This document shows positions 7,867 to 18,581 of a stretch of 42,999 nucleotides of DNA, one piece after another (position 1 is the stretch's first letter; every line of letters starts with the position of its first letter). Source of the stretch: Spirochaetia bacterium (GTDB lineage Bacteria; Spirochaetota; Spirochaetia; PWKH01); NCBI GenBank assembly GCA_007128345.1, contig SKXS01000071.1, positions 1 to 42,999 on the forward strand. The letters run 5' to 3'. The notes under the pieces are model-generated. The model did not search any database, was not told the origin of the DNA, and saw only the letters and a program-made list of their open reading frames with translations. The translations under genes were made by a program, and so were the position numbers.

Positions 7867-10221
7867 ATGAAAACAAGCAGTGAATCCCTGGAATTTTCCG
7901 TCATACGAGAACGCATACAGGAATGCGCCCTCAGCCGTGAGGGACGCGAACGCGTTGCTTCCTGCAGGTCTTTCACTGATGCCAATGTCCTTGATGCGGA
8001 GCTTGATGTCATGGAGTTTGCCGCATCCCTCATGCGTGTGCAGGACTCCTCACAGGTCTCTTCGTTCCCGGAGATTGCTTCAAGCGTCAGGAAGCTTGCG
8101 CGGGAGCATACCCTCCTCGACGGGGATGAGCTCTACAGCATAGCCCTCTATGCCAAGGCAGCCTTCTCCCTGTACAGCTACTTTACCGAAATGCCCCCAG
8201 GGTTTTCAGCAGAGGTGCGCAGTCCGGGGGAGGGACCCGACAAAGCTCTGGGACCTCTGGCGCGCAGGATTGCCAGCGAACTGGAGCCGCCTGGGTCAGT
8301 CAGGCAGAATCATCCCCGGATTGTACCGTTAGTGCGGCAGCTTGAACAGTATAAGCGGGAACGAGGCGAGGTGAGCTTGCGGTTTCTGCGAAGCGATCAG
8401 GGTATCTGGCAGCAGGACACACCTACCATCCGCGACGGCAGGGTGGTGCTTCCCCTGAAGAGCGCGCACCGCTCCCGGGTGAGCGGCTTTGTCCAGGGAA
8501 TCTCAGCCACAGGGGGGACTCTTTTCGTGGAGCCGTCTCAGCTCATGGATGCCAACAACCAGGTCTTTATCCAGGAGCAGCGCATCAGCGCAGAGATCAC
8601 CGCTATCCTCAGGGATCTTACACAAGAGGCGTGGAAGCTTCATAATGAACTGGAGCACATGCTCCATGCGGTTGCCCGGCTGGACCAGGTCTACGCGTTT
8701 GCCCGGTTCTCTCTGCTCTATGGGTGCTCCCGGCCTTCTGTGGGGGGAGATCATCTGAACCTGATTCAGGCACGCCATCCCCTGCTGGGAAAGGCGGCGG
8801 TTCCCATCGACATCACCATCCCCTCCGACAGGCGGGCCGTGATCATGACGGGACCGAATGCAGGGGGAAAGACGGTTACCGTGAAGACCGTGGGGCTGCT
8901 CTCCCTTATGGCAGGCCACGGCATGCTCATTCCCGCATCATCCCAAAGCACGGTGCCGCTGTTCAGCACCATCCACGCAGATATCGGGGACGATCAGTCG
9001 ATATCAGAATCGCTCTCAACCTTTTCCGGCCATATGGTGAAGATCGCCTCCATTGTATCTGAAGCTGACCAATCGTCGCTGGTGATCCTCGATGAGCTTG
9101 CATCCGGAACCGACACCCGCGAGGGGGCCGCTTTAGCAAAGAGCATCATCCTTCACTGCCTAGAGATAGGCTGCCTCACCCTGGTGACCAGTCATCACAT
9201 GACGCTCAAGCAGTTCGGCTATGCGGACAGCAGGGTGGTGAACGCCGCCATGGAGTTTGACCAGGAGCAAAGCCGTCCCACCTACCGCATTCTCTTCGGA
9301 GTGCCGGGGAACAGCTATGCGCTTGAGACCGCCCAGCGGATGGGGCTTCCTTCATCGGTGGTCAGCCTGGCGAGGGAATTCATGCTTGAGGAGGGTGATA
9401 CTTCCGAGATGATCCTCCGGCGGCTTGAGGAGCGGGAAATTGAGCTCAGGAAGCAGGAAGAGGCGATGCAGGAACTCAGGAGAGAGCTTACTGAAGCATC
9501 CAGAAAGCTCCAGTTGGAGGATCTGAAGATCAGGCAGCGTGAACGCCTGGTGCGCCAGAGGGACTTTTCCACCCTCGGCAGGTTCATTGAAGACTCCTCC
9601 AGTAGGCTGGAGAACCTCATCAGGGACTTGCGGGAAGGTGAGATCACCCAGGAGAAGATCCGCAGAGCCCGGGAGTACAGGGAGGAGCTGGAGCAGAAAC
9701 ATATTGAAGCCGGAGAGAAGCTGAGGCGTGAGGAGCAATCCCTCGCTCAACGGCGTGAGGTCGTCTTCAGGCCGGGCATGCGGGTGCGCACCGCATCCGG
9801 GGTGGAGGGGGTAATCAAGCGCAAGGGGAAAAAGGCCGGGCACTGGTATGTGGAAGTGGGAAATTTGCACGCGGATATGAACCAAAACGATCTGACTCCT
9901 ATTGCAGGAGATGCAAATTCGTTCTATGATACCAAGCCATTGATTGATGTGTCTTTTGAGCGAGGGGAGAATGCCGCAGGATATGAACTCGATATCAGGG
10001 GTGAACAGCTCGCTTCAGCCCGTACGTTGGTTGAGCGGCACATCGACCAGGCGGTGCTCAACGGGTTTGAATTCGTCTCGATTATCCACGGAAAGGGGGA
10101 GGGTATTCTCCAGCGGGGTATGCATGAATTTCTCTCCGACCACCCGTCGGTCAGGGATTATCAGTTTGCTCCCCCGGAAACTGGGGGATACGGCAGGACG
10201 GTGGTGCGGCTGCGCACCTGA
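7867..10221 (+). CDS. mutS2: Endonuclease MutS2 (MutS ATPase + Smr domain)
   Basis: GPNAGGKT Walker A, ILDELASGTD Walker B, a Glu/Arg/Lys coiled-coil segment, and a C-terminal Smr domain (LDIRGE...IIHGKGEGIL); 784 aa. Confidence 0.9.
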   Translation: MKTSSESLEFSVIRERIQECALSREGRERVASCRSFTDANVLDAELDVMEFAASLMRVQDSSQVSSFPEIASSVRKLAREHTLLDGDELYSIALYAKAAFSLYSYFTEMPPGFSAEVRSPGEGPDKALGPLARRIASELEPPGSVRQNHPRIVPLVRQLEQYKRERGEVSLRFLRSDQGIWQQDTPTIRDGRVVLPLKSAHRSRVSGFVQGISATGGTLFVEPSQLMDANNQVFIQEQRISAEITAILRDLTQEAWKLHNELEHMLHAVARLDQVYAFARFSLLYGCSRPSVGGDHLNLIQARHPLLGKAAVPIDITIPSDRRAVIMTGPNAGGKTVTVKTVGLLSLMAGHGMLIPASSQSTVPLFSTIHADIGDDQSISESLSTFSGHMVKIASIVSEADQSSLVILDELASGTDTREGAALAKSIILHCLEIGCLTLVTSHHMTLKQFGYADSRVVNAAMEFDQEQSRPTYRILFGVPGNSYALETAQRMGLPSSVVSLAREFMLEEGDTSEMILRRLEEREIELRKQEEAMQELRRELTEASRKLQLEDLKIRQRERLVRQRDFSTLGRFIEDSSSRLENLIRDLREGEITQEKIRRAREYREELEQKHIEAGEKLRREEQSLAQRREVVFRPGMRVRTASGVEGVIKRKGKKAGHWYVEVGNLHADMNQNDLTPIAGDANSFYDTKPLIDVSFERGENAAGYELDIRGEQLASARTLVERHIDQAVLNGFEFVSIIHGKGEGILQRGMHEFLSDHPSVRDYQFAPPETGGYGRTVVRLRT

Positions 10222-10261
10222 GGTCCAGGAATACTACATGTAAGTATGGAGTGAGACATAT

Positions 10262-10870
10262 ATGGAAGTTCAGGTACAGGAATTAATTGATTCCATTAAG
10301 AAAGAGGGCGTGGAAGCAGCCCGCCAGGAGGCTTCGCGGATTGTTGAAGAGGCCGAAAAGCAGGCGCTTGAGATCGTAAATGAAGCTGAAAAAGAGGCAC
10401 AGAGGAAAAAGAAAGAGGGTGAAGAGCATCTGAAGAAGCGCCAGGTAAGCGCCGAGGCTGCCATGGAGCAGGCAGGGAGAGACCTTCTGCTCTCCACTGA
10501 GAAGCGCATCCACGAGCTCTTTGACCGGCTCCTTGATAAGGCAATTGCCGGCTCGTTTTCCCCGTCCCTCTTTACTGATCTCATCGAGGAAGCGCTGAAG
10601 CACCAGATGGCGGGTCCGGGCGATACGATCGAAACCAGCAAAAAGCTCTACGAGTCGCTGACCAAGGAGGTGCTCTCCTCGCTGAATGAAGCGCTTGCCG
10701 AGGGCTCTGAGATCAAGCCGGTTGATACGGTGGACTCCGGATTCAGGATATTGGCAAAGGACGGTTCAGCCTACGTGAGCTTCACGTCAGAGGACCTTGC
10801 CGGTATGCTGTCGCCCTTCCTGCAGCCCGAGCTGCAGAAGATCCTCCGCAAGGCATCCGGACAGGACTAG
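10262..10870 (+). CDS. atpE: V-type ATP synthase subunit E
   Basis: 202 aa with a Glu/Lys/Ala-rich helical N-terminal half. It is the first gene of the V-ATPase operon. The call rests on composition and position. Confidence 0.75.
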   Translation: MEVQVQELIDSIKKEGVEAARQEASRIVEEAEKQALEIVNEAEKEAQRKKKEGEEHLKKRQVSAEAAMEQAGRDLLLSTEKRIHELFDRLLDKAIAGSFSPSLFTDLIEEALKHQMAGPGDTIETSKKLYESLTKEVLSSLNEALAEGSEIKPVDTVDSGFRILAKDGSAYVSFTSEDLAGMLSPFLQPELQKILRKASGQD

Positions 10871-10885
10871 AAAAGGAGCCGCGTC

Positions 10886-11419
10886 TTGCCAGGATACTAC
10901 TACACCCTTGCATCGCTGCCGGTGCTCAGGCTTTTTGAATCCCCAGGGATTACCATGGAGGAATTTTTTTCCCGCTGCTCCATGGAGGTGCACCCCCATG
11001 ACATCGAGGTGCTCTCCCGGCTGCGTGACGATGATCCAGGGGTCTTCTCCCTGAGACCGGAACTCTCCTCCTGGAAGTCCTACGCTGATGCGCTTGACCA
11101 TGCCGTGGCCTACCAGCGTGCAGAGCGCGTCGGAAGGCCCCATGAGCGTGATCCCGGGCGTAAGGACCTCAGGGATACCGCAAAGCATCTGGTCTCCCTG
11201 GCCTCTCCTCTGGAGGCGGAACGGGAATACCTGCGGCTTGTATGGGAGCATGCTGAGGAGCTGGAAGGTTCCCTGGTATTTGATTTTTCCATTCTGGTGC
11301 TCTACCTGCTGAAACTGAAGCTGCTGTGCCGACTGGAGCTCTTCACCCGGGAACGGGGGGAAGATGCCTTCAGCCGGATTTTCTCGCAGCTGCAGTCCCG
11401 TATGGAGCGCACCTCATGA
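10886..11419 (+). CDS. V-ATPase-operon protein of unknown role (position of the DUF2764 gene)
   Basis: 177 aa; TTG start 8 nt after AAAAGGAG. It sits between the E and A subunit genes, as the DUF2764 gene does in Treponema/Borrelia/Chlamydia operons. Assigned by position and size only. Confidence 0.55.
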   Translation: MPGYYYTLASLPVLRLFESPGITMEEFFSRCSMEVHPHDIEVLSRLRDDDPGVFSLRPELSSWKSYADALDHAVAYQRAERVGRPHERDPGRKDLRDTAKHLVSLASPLEAEREYLRLVWEHAEELEGSLVFDFSILVLYLLKLKLLCRLELFTRERGEDAFSRIFSQLQSRMERTS

Positions 11420-11448
11420 TACAGTACATATTCGGAGAGTGAGCATAT

Positions 11449-13227
11449 ATGGATAGGACATCGGGCAAGGTAATTGGTGTTACGGGGAACATGGTGACCG
11501 TCGAGGTCTCCGGACGTATCTCCATGAATGAAGTGGGCTTCATCCGCATGGGTGAGAAAAAGCTCAAGGCAGAGGTTATCAGGATAAACGGCAGCATTGC
11601 CGAACTGCAGGTCTTTGAGATGACCCAGGGCATCAGCGTGGGAGACGAGGTTGAATTCTCCCAGGAGCAGCTGAGCGTCACCCTGGGACCGGGACTCCTC
11701 GGGCAGATCTACGACGGGCTCCAGAATCCGCTTCCTGCGCTTGCCGAGCAGTGCGGCTTCTTCCTTGAACGGGGGGTCTACCTTGACGCCTTAGACGGAG
11801 AGCGGCAGTGGGAATTTACCCCGAAGGTCAGCAAGGGAGATACCGTGCGGCCGGCGGATACAATCGGCATCGTACCCGAGGGTATCTTCGAGCACAGGAT
11901 CATGGTGCCCTTCACCTTACAGAGGGGCTCCTACCAGGTCACCAGCGTTGCCGAGGCGGGAAACTACCGCATCCATGACACCATTGCGGAAGTGGAGGAT
12001 GCAAAGGGGAGAACGCACGAGCTCACCATGGTCTTTGACTGGCCGGTGAAACGGGCGATCACCCACTACCAGGAGCGGCTCAGGCCTGATCAGCCCCTGG
12101 TGACCCAGGTGCGCATTACCGACACATTCTTCCCCATTGCCTTAGGGGGAACCTACTGCATTCCAGGCCCCTTCGGTGCGGGCAAGACGGTGCTCCAGCA
12201 GATCACCAGCAGGCATGCCGATGTTGATATCGTCATTATCGCAGCATGCGGCGAGCGGGCGGGGGAGGTTGTGGAGACCCTCAAGGAGTTTCCTGAACTG
12301 ACTGACCCCAGGACCGGGAAGTCCCTCATGGAGCGGACGATTATCATATGCAATACGAGCTCCATGCCCGTATCGGCCCGTGAGGCATCGGTCTACACCG
12401 CAGTGAGCCTGGCTGAGTACTACCGGCAGATGGGCCTGCACGTCCTGCTTCTGGCGGACTCCACATCACGGTGGGCACAGTCCATGCGGGAGATGTCGGG
12501 AAGACTTGAGGAGATTCCCGGAGAGGAGGCCTTTCCCGCTTACCTTGAGTCGGTGATAGCGAGCTTCTACGAGCGGGCAGGGATCGTCCGGTTATCCGAC
12601 GGGGAGACCGGTTCGGTCACCATAGGGGGGACCGTGAGCCCCGCAGGCGGTAACTTCGAGGAACCGGTCACCCAGGCTACGCTGAAGGTGGTGGGGGCAT
12701 TCCACGGGCTTTCACGGGAACGTTCCGATGCACGGAAGTACCCTGCGATCCATCCGCTGGAAAGCTGGTCGAAGTACAGCGGACGGATCAGCAAGGAGCA
12801 GGTCGAGTACGTGAGAAGCATCCTCTACCGGGGCGATGAGGTGAGCCAGATGATGAAGGTAGTAGGTGAGGAGGGGACCAGCACTGAGGACTACATAATC
12901 TACCTCAAGAGCGATCTCGTGGACTCGGTCTATATCCAGCAGAACTCCTTCGACCCCGTTGATGCCGCAGTGCCCATTGAGCGGCAGAAGCACACCTTTG
13001 ATCTCTTATTCAGGGTGACTGCAGGAGCATACGAGCTGGAGAACAAGGAGGATGCCCGGCACTACTTCAACCAGATCAGGCAGTTGTTTTTAGACTGGAA
13101 CGGAGCAGAGAGCGATGCTGACTCCTTTGCAGAGATTGAGTCGCGCATTTCCGAGAAGTACCGCGAGAAGCTGGTTTCCTATGACACGCGCGTGAAGTCC
13201 CTGATCAGCGACGAAGAAGGCAGGTAG
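11449..13227 (+). CDS. atpA: V-type ATP synthase catalytic subunit A
   Basis: 592 aa with Walker [10 protein letters not shown]. It includes the V/A-type non-homologous insert region and a conserved C-terminal helical domain. Confidence 0.95.
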   Translation: MDRTSGKVIGVTGNMVTVEVSGRISMNEVGFIRMGEKKLKAEVIRINGSIAELQVFEMTQGISVGDEVEFSQEQLSVTLGPGLLGQIYDGLQNPLPALAEQCGFFLERGVYLDALDGERQWEFTPKVSKGDTVRPADTIGIVPEGIFEHRIMVPFTLQRGSYQVTSVAEAGNYRIHDTIAEVEDAKGRTHELTMVFDWPVKRAITHYQERLRPDQPLVTQVRITDTFFPIALGGTYCIPGPFGAGKTVLQQITSRHADVDIVIIAACGERAGEVVETLKEFPELTDPRTGKSLMERTIIICNTSSMPVSAREASVYTAVSLAEYYRQMGLHVLLLADSTSRWAQSMREMSGRLEEIPGEEAFPAYLESVIASFYERAGIVRLSDGETGSVTIGGTVSPAGGNFEEPVTQATLKVVGAFHGLSRERSDARKYPAIHPLESWSKYSGRISKEQVEYVRSILYRGDEVSQMMKVVGEEGTSTEDYIIYLKSDLVDSVYIQQNSFDPVDAAVPIERQKHTFDLLFRVTAGAYELENKEDARHYFNQIRQLFLDWNGAESDADSFAEIESRISEKYREKLVSYDTRVKSLISDEEGR

Positions 13228-13231
13228 CGAC

Positions 13232-14533
13232 ATGCAGAAAGTGTATACCAGAATTGAAGCAATAGCAGGAAACGTCATCACCGTGAAGGCGGAAGGAATC
13301 AAGAACGGCGATCTTGCCGAAGTGACCTCTGCCCATGGGACCTCACTGGCCAATGTTATCCGGCTCAAGGGAGATTTGGTCTCTCTCCAGGTGTTTGCAG
13401 GCGCCAGGGGCGTCTCCACGGGGGACGAGGTCCGTTTCCTCGGGAAGCCGATGCAGGTGTCATGTTCCGACGACCTGCTGGGACGGATCTTCGACGGCAG
13501 CGGCAGGCCCCGGGACAACGGGCCTGAGCTGAAGGATCAGATGATCGACATTGGAGGACCTTCGGTGAATCCGGCAAAGCGCATCATTCCCAAGCACATG
13601 ATCCGCACCGGCATCCCGATGATTGATGTATTCAACTCCCTGGTGGAGTCTCAAAAGCTGCCGATCTTTTCAATTTCAGGAGAGCCCTACAATGAACTGC
13701 TCTCCCGGATCGCTCTGCAGGCTGAGGTTGACCTTATCATTTTAGGCGGCATCGGGCTGAAATACGACGACTACCTCTTCTTCAGGGACACCCTGGAGTC
13801 GGGCGGGGCCATGAGCCGGACCATCTTCTTCGTCCATACCGCGGCTGATCCCACGGTAGAGGGACTTTTGGTGCCGGACATCTCCCTTGCGGTGGCTGAG
13901 CAGTTTGCCCTGCGGGGGAAGAAGGTGCTTGTGCTTCTCACAGATATGACCAACTTTGCCGATGCCATGAAGGAGATCGCCATTACCATGGAGCAGGTAC
14001 CTTCGAACCGGGGCTATCCCGGGGACCTCTACAGCCAGCTGGCCAGCCGCTATGAGAAGGCGGTGGACTTCGATACCGCAGGGTCGGTGACCATTCTGGC
14101 GGCGACCACCATGCCCGGAGATGACGTGACCCACCCCGTGCCGGACAACACCGGGTACATCACTGAGGGGCAGTATTACCTGAAGAACGGCAGGATTGAG
14201 CCCTTCGGTTCGCTCTCACGGCTCAAGCAGCAGGTCAACAGCAGCACCCGGGACGATCACCGTCCCCTTATGGACGGGATGATCAAACTCTACGCATCCT
14301 ATCAGGAGTCTTTGGAGAAGAAGTCCATGGGATTCCGGATGTCTTCCTGGGACAAGAAGCTCCTGGCGTACGGCGAGATGTTTGAGTCGAGGATGATGGA
14401 CCTCTCAGTGAATATTCCCCTGGAGGAGGCCCTCGATCTGGGGTGGGAAATTCTCTCCTCATCACTGGACCAGGATGAGACGGGGCTTCGCACCGAACTG
14501 GTGCGGAAGTACTGGCCGAAGAACAGGGAGTAG
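13232..14533 (+). CDS. atpB: V-type ATP synthase subunit B
   Basis: 433 aa; [26 protein letters not shown] is the typical V/A-type B subunit signature. Confidence 0.95.
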   Translation: MQKVYTRIEAIAGNVITVKAEGIKNGDLAEVTSAHGTSLANVIRLKGDLVSLQVFAGARGVSTGDEVRFLGKPMQVSCSDDLLGRIFDGSGRPRDNGPELKDQMIDIGGPSVNPAKRIIPKHMIRTGIPMIDVFNSLVESQKLPIFSISGEPYNELLSRIALQAEVDLIILGGIGLKYDDYLFFRDTLESGGAMSRTIFFVHTAADPTVEGLLVPDISLAVAEQFALRGKKVLVLLTDMTNFADAMKEIAITMEQVPSNRGYPGDLYSQLASRYEKAVDFDTAGSVTILAATTMPGDDVTHPVPDNTGYITEGQYYLKNGRIEPFGSLSRLKQQVNSSTRDDHRPLMDGMIKLYASYQESLEKKSMGFRMSSWDKKLLAYGEMFESRMMDLSVNIPLEEALDLGWEILSSSLDQDETGLRTELVRKYWPKNRE

Positions 14534-15154
14534 ATGCCTATGGCCGGTGTCAGGCTGACGAAGAACGAGCTGAAGAAACAGAAGGACTCCCTCAAACGCT
14601 TCAGGCGGTATCTGCCGACGCTGCAGCTGAAGAAGCAGCAGCTGCAGATGGTTATCATGAAGGTGGAGCAGGAGAAGCAGGAGCTCGAAGGAATCCAGGC
14701 AAAGGCACGCAAGGAACTGGAATCCTGGGTGCACGTATTCGGCGAGAATGAGACCTTTGCAAAGGGGAGCAGGGTGGAGGACCTGGTGACTATCAGGCAG
14801 GTGGAGTACGAGAAGGGAAATATTGCCGGGGTGAACATCCCGATCTACCAGGGGATTCAGTTTGAAGAGGTTCCCTATGATTTCCTCTCGTATCCGCTGT
14901 GGGTAGACCGGGGAATCGAAGCGCTCAAGCAGCTTGCTGAGCTTGATGCGCAGATATCCACGCTGGAGAAGCAGATCAGGCTGCTGCAGCGGGAGCTTAG
15001 GACCACCAGTCAGCGGGTGAATCTCTTTGAGAAGGTGAAGATACCCGAGGCCGCGCACGCGATCCGGATGATCCAGATCTACCTGGGGGACCAGCAGACC
15101 GCTGCTGTGGTCCGGGGCAAAATCGCAAAGAACAAAATCGTCAAGGTATCCTGA
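14534..15154 (+). CDS. atpD: V-type ATP synthase subunit D
   Basis: 206 aa, coiled-coil N and C termini (RLTKNELKKQKDSLKRFRRYLPTLQLKKQQL). Its ATG immediately follows the atpB TAG. Confidence 0.9.
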   Translation: MPMAGVRLTKNELKKQKDSLKRFRRYLPTLQLKKQQLQMVIMKVEQEKQELEGIQAKARKELESWVHVFGENETFAKGSRVEDLVTIRQVEYEKGNIAGVNIPIYQGIQFEEVPYDFLSYPLWVDRGIEALKQLAELDAQISTLEKQIRLLQRELRTTSQRVNLFEKVKIPEAAHAIRMIQIYLGDQQTAAVVRGKIAKNKIVKVS

Positions 15155-15155
15155 T

Positions 15156-17003
15156 ATGATCGTACCAATGAAGAAGGTATCCGTATTTCTCCGGGACTCA
15201 GCAGCCGCAGAGGCAGTTTCAAGGCTGAGGAGAGCTGGGATGCTGCACATCATGACCCCCAGGGGGACTTCCAAGTCCATTGATCAGCTGATTGAACGTC
15301 TCTCCCACTATGACGAGGCCCTCCAGGTGCTTTCCCGGTACAAGGCTCCCCCGGAAGGAACTGATGTGCCAGATGTGCCGGCAGATGCAGATGAGCTGGC
15401 AGGACTGGTATGCAGTCTCGATGATGAAGTGACCGAGGCCCAGGAAGAGCTGCGCAGCCTCACGCGGATGGATGAGTTCTACACGTCCTGGGGATCCTTC
15501 AGCCCAGAAGATATCGCAGCCCTAGGTGACGCAGGTTATCCGATCACCCTCTACCGGTGCCGGCCTGCCGACCTGACGCTCATAGATGAAGATATTCCCT
15601 ACGTGGTGCTCAGCCGTGACCGCCAGAACGTGGTGGCTGCGGTGATGGCTGACGGCAAGCGCATGGGCATTCCCCTGGATCCGGTTGAGCTGCCGCCCAT
15701 GGGCCCTGAGGCAATACGTCACAGGAGAGGTGATCTCGAGCACATCATCAGCAATGCCTCCGAACAGCTCAGTACGCTGACGCTCCGGACTCGTGAAATT
15801 GCACAAGCAAGCGTCATGCTTGCCGAAGAGGTGGAGTTTGAAGAGGTGATCACGGGCCTTAACCGGGAGGAGCCGGTTGCCTGGCTCACGGGCTTCATTC
15901 CGGCACACCGGACGGATACTATGAAACAGCTTGCTAAGGATGCAAGCTGGGGCCTCATCATTACGGATCCCGGCGCTGATGAGCCGGTGCCGACGCTTTT
16001 GAAGAATCATCCGATCGTTCGGATGATCGAACCGATCTTCAAGGTTCTGGGAACTGTTCCCGGGTATCGGGAATACGACATCAGCGCGTTGTTTCTGCTC
16101 TTCTTCACGGTCTTTGTGGCCATGATTTTTGGAGACGCGGGTTACGGGCTGCTGTTTCTGGGAGCGACCGTGTGTATGCATGTCAAGGCGAGGCGCTTCA
16201 CCCTGCTTGTCAAACTGCTCTATGTGCTCAGTGCAGTTACGGTCATCTGGGGCGCATTGACAGGCACCTGGTTCGGGAGTGAGACCATTGCCGGATGGGC
16301 CCCCATGCGTGCGATGACGGTGGACGGACTGAGCTCCTTTCCCCATATCGCGGGGGTGGAGACCGCCGAAGCCCAGAACAACATCATATTCATATGCTTC
16401 GTCATCGGCACCGTCCAGCTGAGCATAGCCTGCCTCATGAACATATTCCGGGACTTTCCGTCACTGCGTGCGTATGCGCATTTAGGATGGCTGCTGCTCA
16501 TCGTAGGACTCTATTTTCTGGTGCTCCTGCTTGTGCTTGACCGTTCACCGATACCGCAGTGGGCGCTCTACTGCATGGGCGCAGGGTTCGCTATGGTGGT
16601 CATCTTCAGCGGTCAGGAGCAGGGAGTGCCCTTCTTTAAAGGACTGCTGCGGGGAATAGGAGGGCTGTTCACCACCTTCCTGGATTCCATCAGCACCTTT
16701 TCGAACATCATATCGTACATCCGGCTCTTCGCGGTGGGTATGGCGACCGTGGCGATATCTTCAAGCTTCAATGCCATGGCATCCCCCATGCTCGGCGGGG
16801 TGCTGTTCCCGGCAGCGCTTCTGGTGCTGCTCATCGGGCACGGGATGAACATCGTCATGGCATTGCTGTCGGTGTTTGTACACGGCATCAGGCTCAACAT
16901 GCTGGAATTTTCCGGTCAGCTCGGGATGGAATGGACCGGTTTCTCCTACGCTCCCTTTTTGGAGCGCAGGAATAGAGAGAATGAACACACGCTCAAGGAG
17001 TGA
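15156..17003 (+). CDS. atpI: V-type ATP synthase subunit I (a-subunit)
   Basis: 615 aa with a soluble N-terminal half and a polytopic C-terminal half. It carries the conserved Arg motif IISYIRLFAVGMA. Confidence 0.9.
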   Translation: MIVPMKKVSVFLRDSAAAEAVSRLRRAGMLHIMTPRGTSKSIDQLIERLSHYDEALQVLSRYKAPPEGTDVPDVPADADELAGLVCSLDDEVTEAQEELRSLTRMDEFYTSWGSFSPEDIAALGDAGYPITLYRCRPADLTLIDEDIPYVVLSRDRQNVVAAVMADGKRMGIPLDPVELPPMGPEAIRHRRGDLEHIISNASEQLSTLTLRTREIAQASVMLAEEVEFEEVITGLNREEPVAWLTGFIPAHRTDTMKQLAKDASWGLIITDPGADEPVPTLLKNHPIVRMIEPIFKVLGTVPGYREYDISALFLLFFTVFVAMIFGDAGYGLLFLGATVCMHVKARRFTLLVKLLYVLSAVTVIWGALTGTWFGSETIAGWAPMRAMTVDGLSSFPHIAGVETAEAQNNIIFICFVIGTVQLSIACLMNIFRDFPSLRAYAHLGWLLLIVGLYFLVLLLVLDRSPIPQWALYCMGAGFAMVVIFSGQEQGVPFFKGLLRGIGGLFTTFLDSISTFSNIISYIRLFAVGMATVAISSSFNAMASPMLGGVLFPAALLVLLIGHGMNIVMALLSVFVHGIRLNMLEFSGQLGMEWTGFSYAPFLERRNRENEHTLKE

Positions 17004-17006
17004 CTT

Positions 17007-17441
17007 ATGAACATCGGATTACTGGGACCTGCGGCTGCACTCTGCTTTGCCGCAATGGGGTCCGCATTCGGCTCAGGGATCGCCGCACAGGCGGCGGTGG
17101 GAGCCTGGAAGAAGCGCTTTATCAACGACAAGTCGGCACCATTCATGATGGTGGCCTTTTCCGGAGCCCCTCTGACGCAGACCATCTACGGATACCTGCT
17201 GATGACCTTCATCAGTACTGCGGCGGAGAACGGCGTAGATGCCATGACCCTTCTGGGTGCGGGGCTTTTCGGCGGACTGGCCATGGGCGCCTCAGCCCTA
17301 ATGCAGGGGAAGACCGCTGCCGCAGCGTCTGACGCACTGGGAGCCACCGGCAAGGGGACGGCAAACTACTTCATCGTCATCGGTATCGTCGAGACCGTTG
17401 CGCTGTTTGTCATGGTGTTCCTCATGCTTACCCTGCAGTAG
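17007..17441 (+). CDS. atpK: V-type ATP synthase proteolipid subunit K
   Basis: 144 aa, four hydrophobic helices, ion-binding Glu in GIVETVALF. PLTQTIYGY and ALMQGK resemble the Enterococcus hirae NtpK motifs. Confidence 0.9.
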   Translation: MNIGLLGPAAALCFAAMGSAFGSGIAAQAAVGAWKKRFINDKSAPFMMVAFSGAPLTQTIYGYLLMTFISTAAENGVDAMTLLGAGLFGGLAMGASALMQGKTAAAASDALGATGKGTANYFIVIGIVETVALFVMVFLMLTLQ

Positions 17442-17466
17442 GTGAAGCGATTGATTATTTCACACA

Positions 17467-17499
17467 AAAGGTTGTATCTTCGCAGTACAGCCTTTTTTT
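17467..17499 (+). terminator. Rho-independent terminator after the V-ATPase operon
   Basis: aaaGGTTGTAtcttcgcaGTACAGCCtttttttt: a ~9-bp stem with one G-U pair, followed by a T7 run, 26 nt after the atpK stop. Confidence 0.6.
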
Positions 17500-17507
17500 A
17501 AGGAGCA

Positions 17508-18581
17508 GTGCCCGTGATCCGTGAACGTAGGGTTACCCAACAGGTCCGTGCAGGAACATTGGGCATCGGGAGCAGCTATCCAGTTTCTGTCCAGACCATG
17601 TGGGCTGAAGCGCTCACCGAACAGGCGCTTCCCGCGGTCTGTTCAACCATGGAATCCCTCAGGGATATCGGATGCTCCCTCATGCGCTTTTCTGTACCTG
17701 ACGATGACCATGTGGAAGCGGTGAGGCGCATCGCTTCATGGGACATCATGCCTGTTGCCGCCGATATTCACTACGACTACCGTCTCGCCCTGAAGTCCCT
17801 CGACGCAGGGGTGCAGAAGGTCCGCATTAATCCGGGAAATATCGGGGCTACCTGGAAGACCCGTGAGATCATCAGCAAGGCAGCGGATCTGGGGGCGGCC
17901 ATACGGGTAGGGGTGAACAGCGGATCGCTGCCGAAGCAGTACCGGGACCTCACTCCCGTCCATGAGGCTATGGTCTCTTGTGTCCTTGAATATGTTGATC
18001 TCTTTGAGCAGCTTCAGTTTCCCAACCTCGTGGTCTCCCTCAAGTCTTCAGATCCTGAAACAACGTGCGAGGCCAACCGGCTGTTCGCCTCCCGATCCCC
18101 CTGGCCCCTCCATATCGGGGTGACCGAGGCGGGGCCCCTCATCCCCGCTGTGGTAAAGAGCACCCGGGCGCTTTCGAGTCTTCTGGAGGAGGGTATCGGC
18201 GACACCATACGGGTCTCGATATCCGGAGAAATCACCTCGGAAGTGATTTCCGCCAAGGAGATACTCAAGACCCTGGGCCTCTGGGATGGGGGAGTAACCA
18301 TCATCTCGTGTCCCAAATGCGCCAGGGCTTCCTTTGACACCCACGGATTCTTCACACAATGCGGCATGGAGCTTGAACGGCTGAAGTGCCGGGTAACAGT
18401 TGCCGTCATGGGGTGCGCGGTCAACGGGCTCGAAGAGGCCCGTCATGCCGATATCGGGATCACCGGCGCGGGAAAGCGCATCATTATCTTCTCCAAGGGG
18501 AGGGTAGTCAGGGAGGTGGACCAGGCCGATGCGCTGCGTGCCTTCCGGGAGGAACTGGAGCGCCTATGCACAAGAAGCTGA
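17508..18581 (+). CDS. ispG: 4-hydroxy-3-methylbut-2-en-1-yl diphosphate synthase (flavodoxin)
   Basis: GcpE family: [10 protein letters not shown], and 4Fe-4S cysteines in IISCPKCAR and MGCAVNG. GTG start 3 nt after AAGGAG. Confidence 0.9.
   Translation: MPVIRERRVTQQVRAGTLGIGSSYPVSVQTMWAEALTEQALPAVCSTMESLRDIGCSLMRFSVPDDDHVEAVRRIASWDIMPVAADIHYDYRLALKSLDAGVQKVRINPGNIGATWKTREIISKAADLGAAIRVGVNSGSLPKQYRDLTPVHEAMVSCVLEYVDLFEQLQFPNLVVSLKSSDPETTCEANRLFASRSPWPLHIGVTEAGPLIPAVVKSTRALSSLLEEGIGDTIRVSISGEITSEVISAKEILKTLGLWDGGVTIISCPKCARASFDTHGFFTQCGMELERLKCRVTVAVMGCAVNGLEEARHADIGITGAGKRIIIFSKGRVVREVDQADALRAFREELERLCTRS

Noticed and set aside
9315-9885. 110-aa and 177-aa minus-strand ORFs in mutS2
   Set aside because: They are antisense to the Glu/Arg/Lys coiled-coil region of MutS2. 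The Ser/Leu/Pro-rich translation is a shadow ORF.
14462-16346. 272-aa (14462-15280) and 274-aa (15522-16346) minus-strand ORFs inside the V-ATPase operon
   Set aside because: They are antisense to atpD and atpI. The Leu/Gln/His runs (LLLLLHLHDNHLQLLLLQLQ) are the mirror of Glu/Lys/Gln-rich sense codons. No independent signals are present.
18386-18565. 60-codon N-terminal extension of the uvrA ORF in the track
   Set aside because: The extension lies wholly inside ispG in another frame and is Arg/Gly-rich nonsense. The canonical UvrA N-terminus [18 protein letters not shown] starts at 18566.
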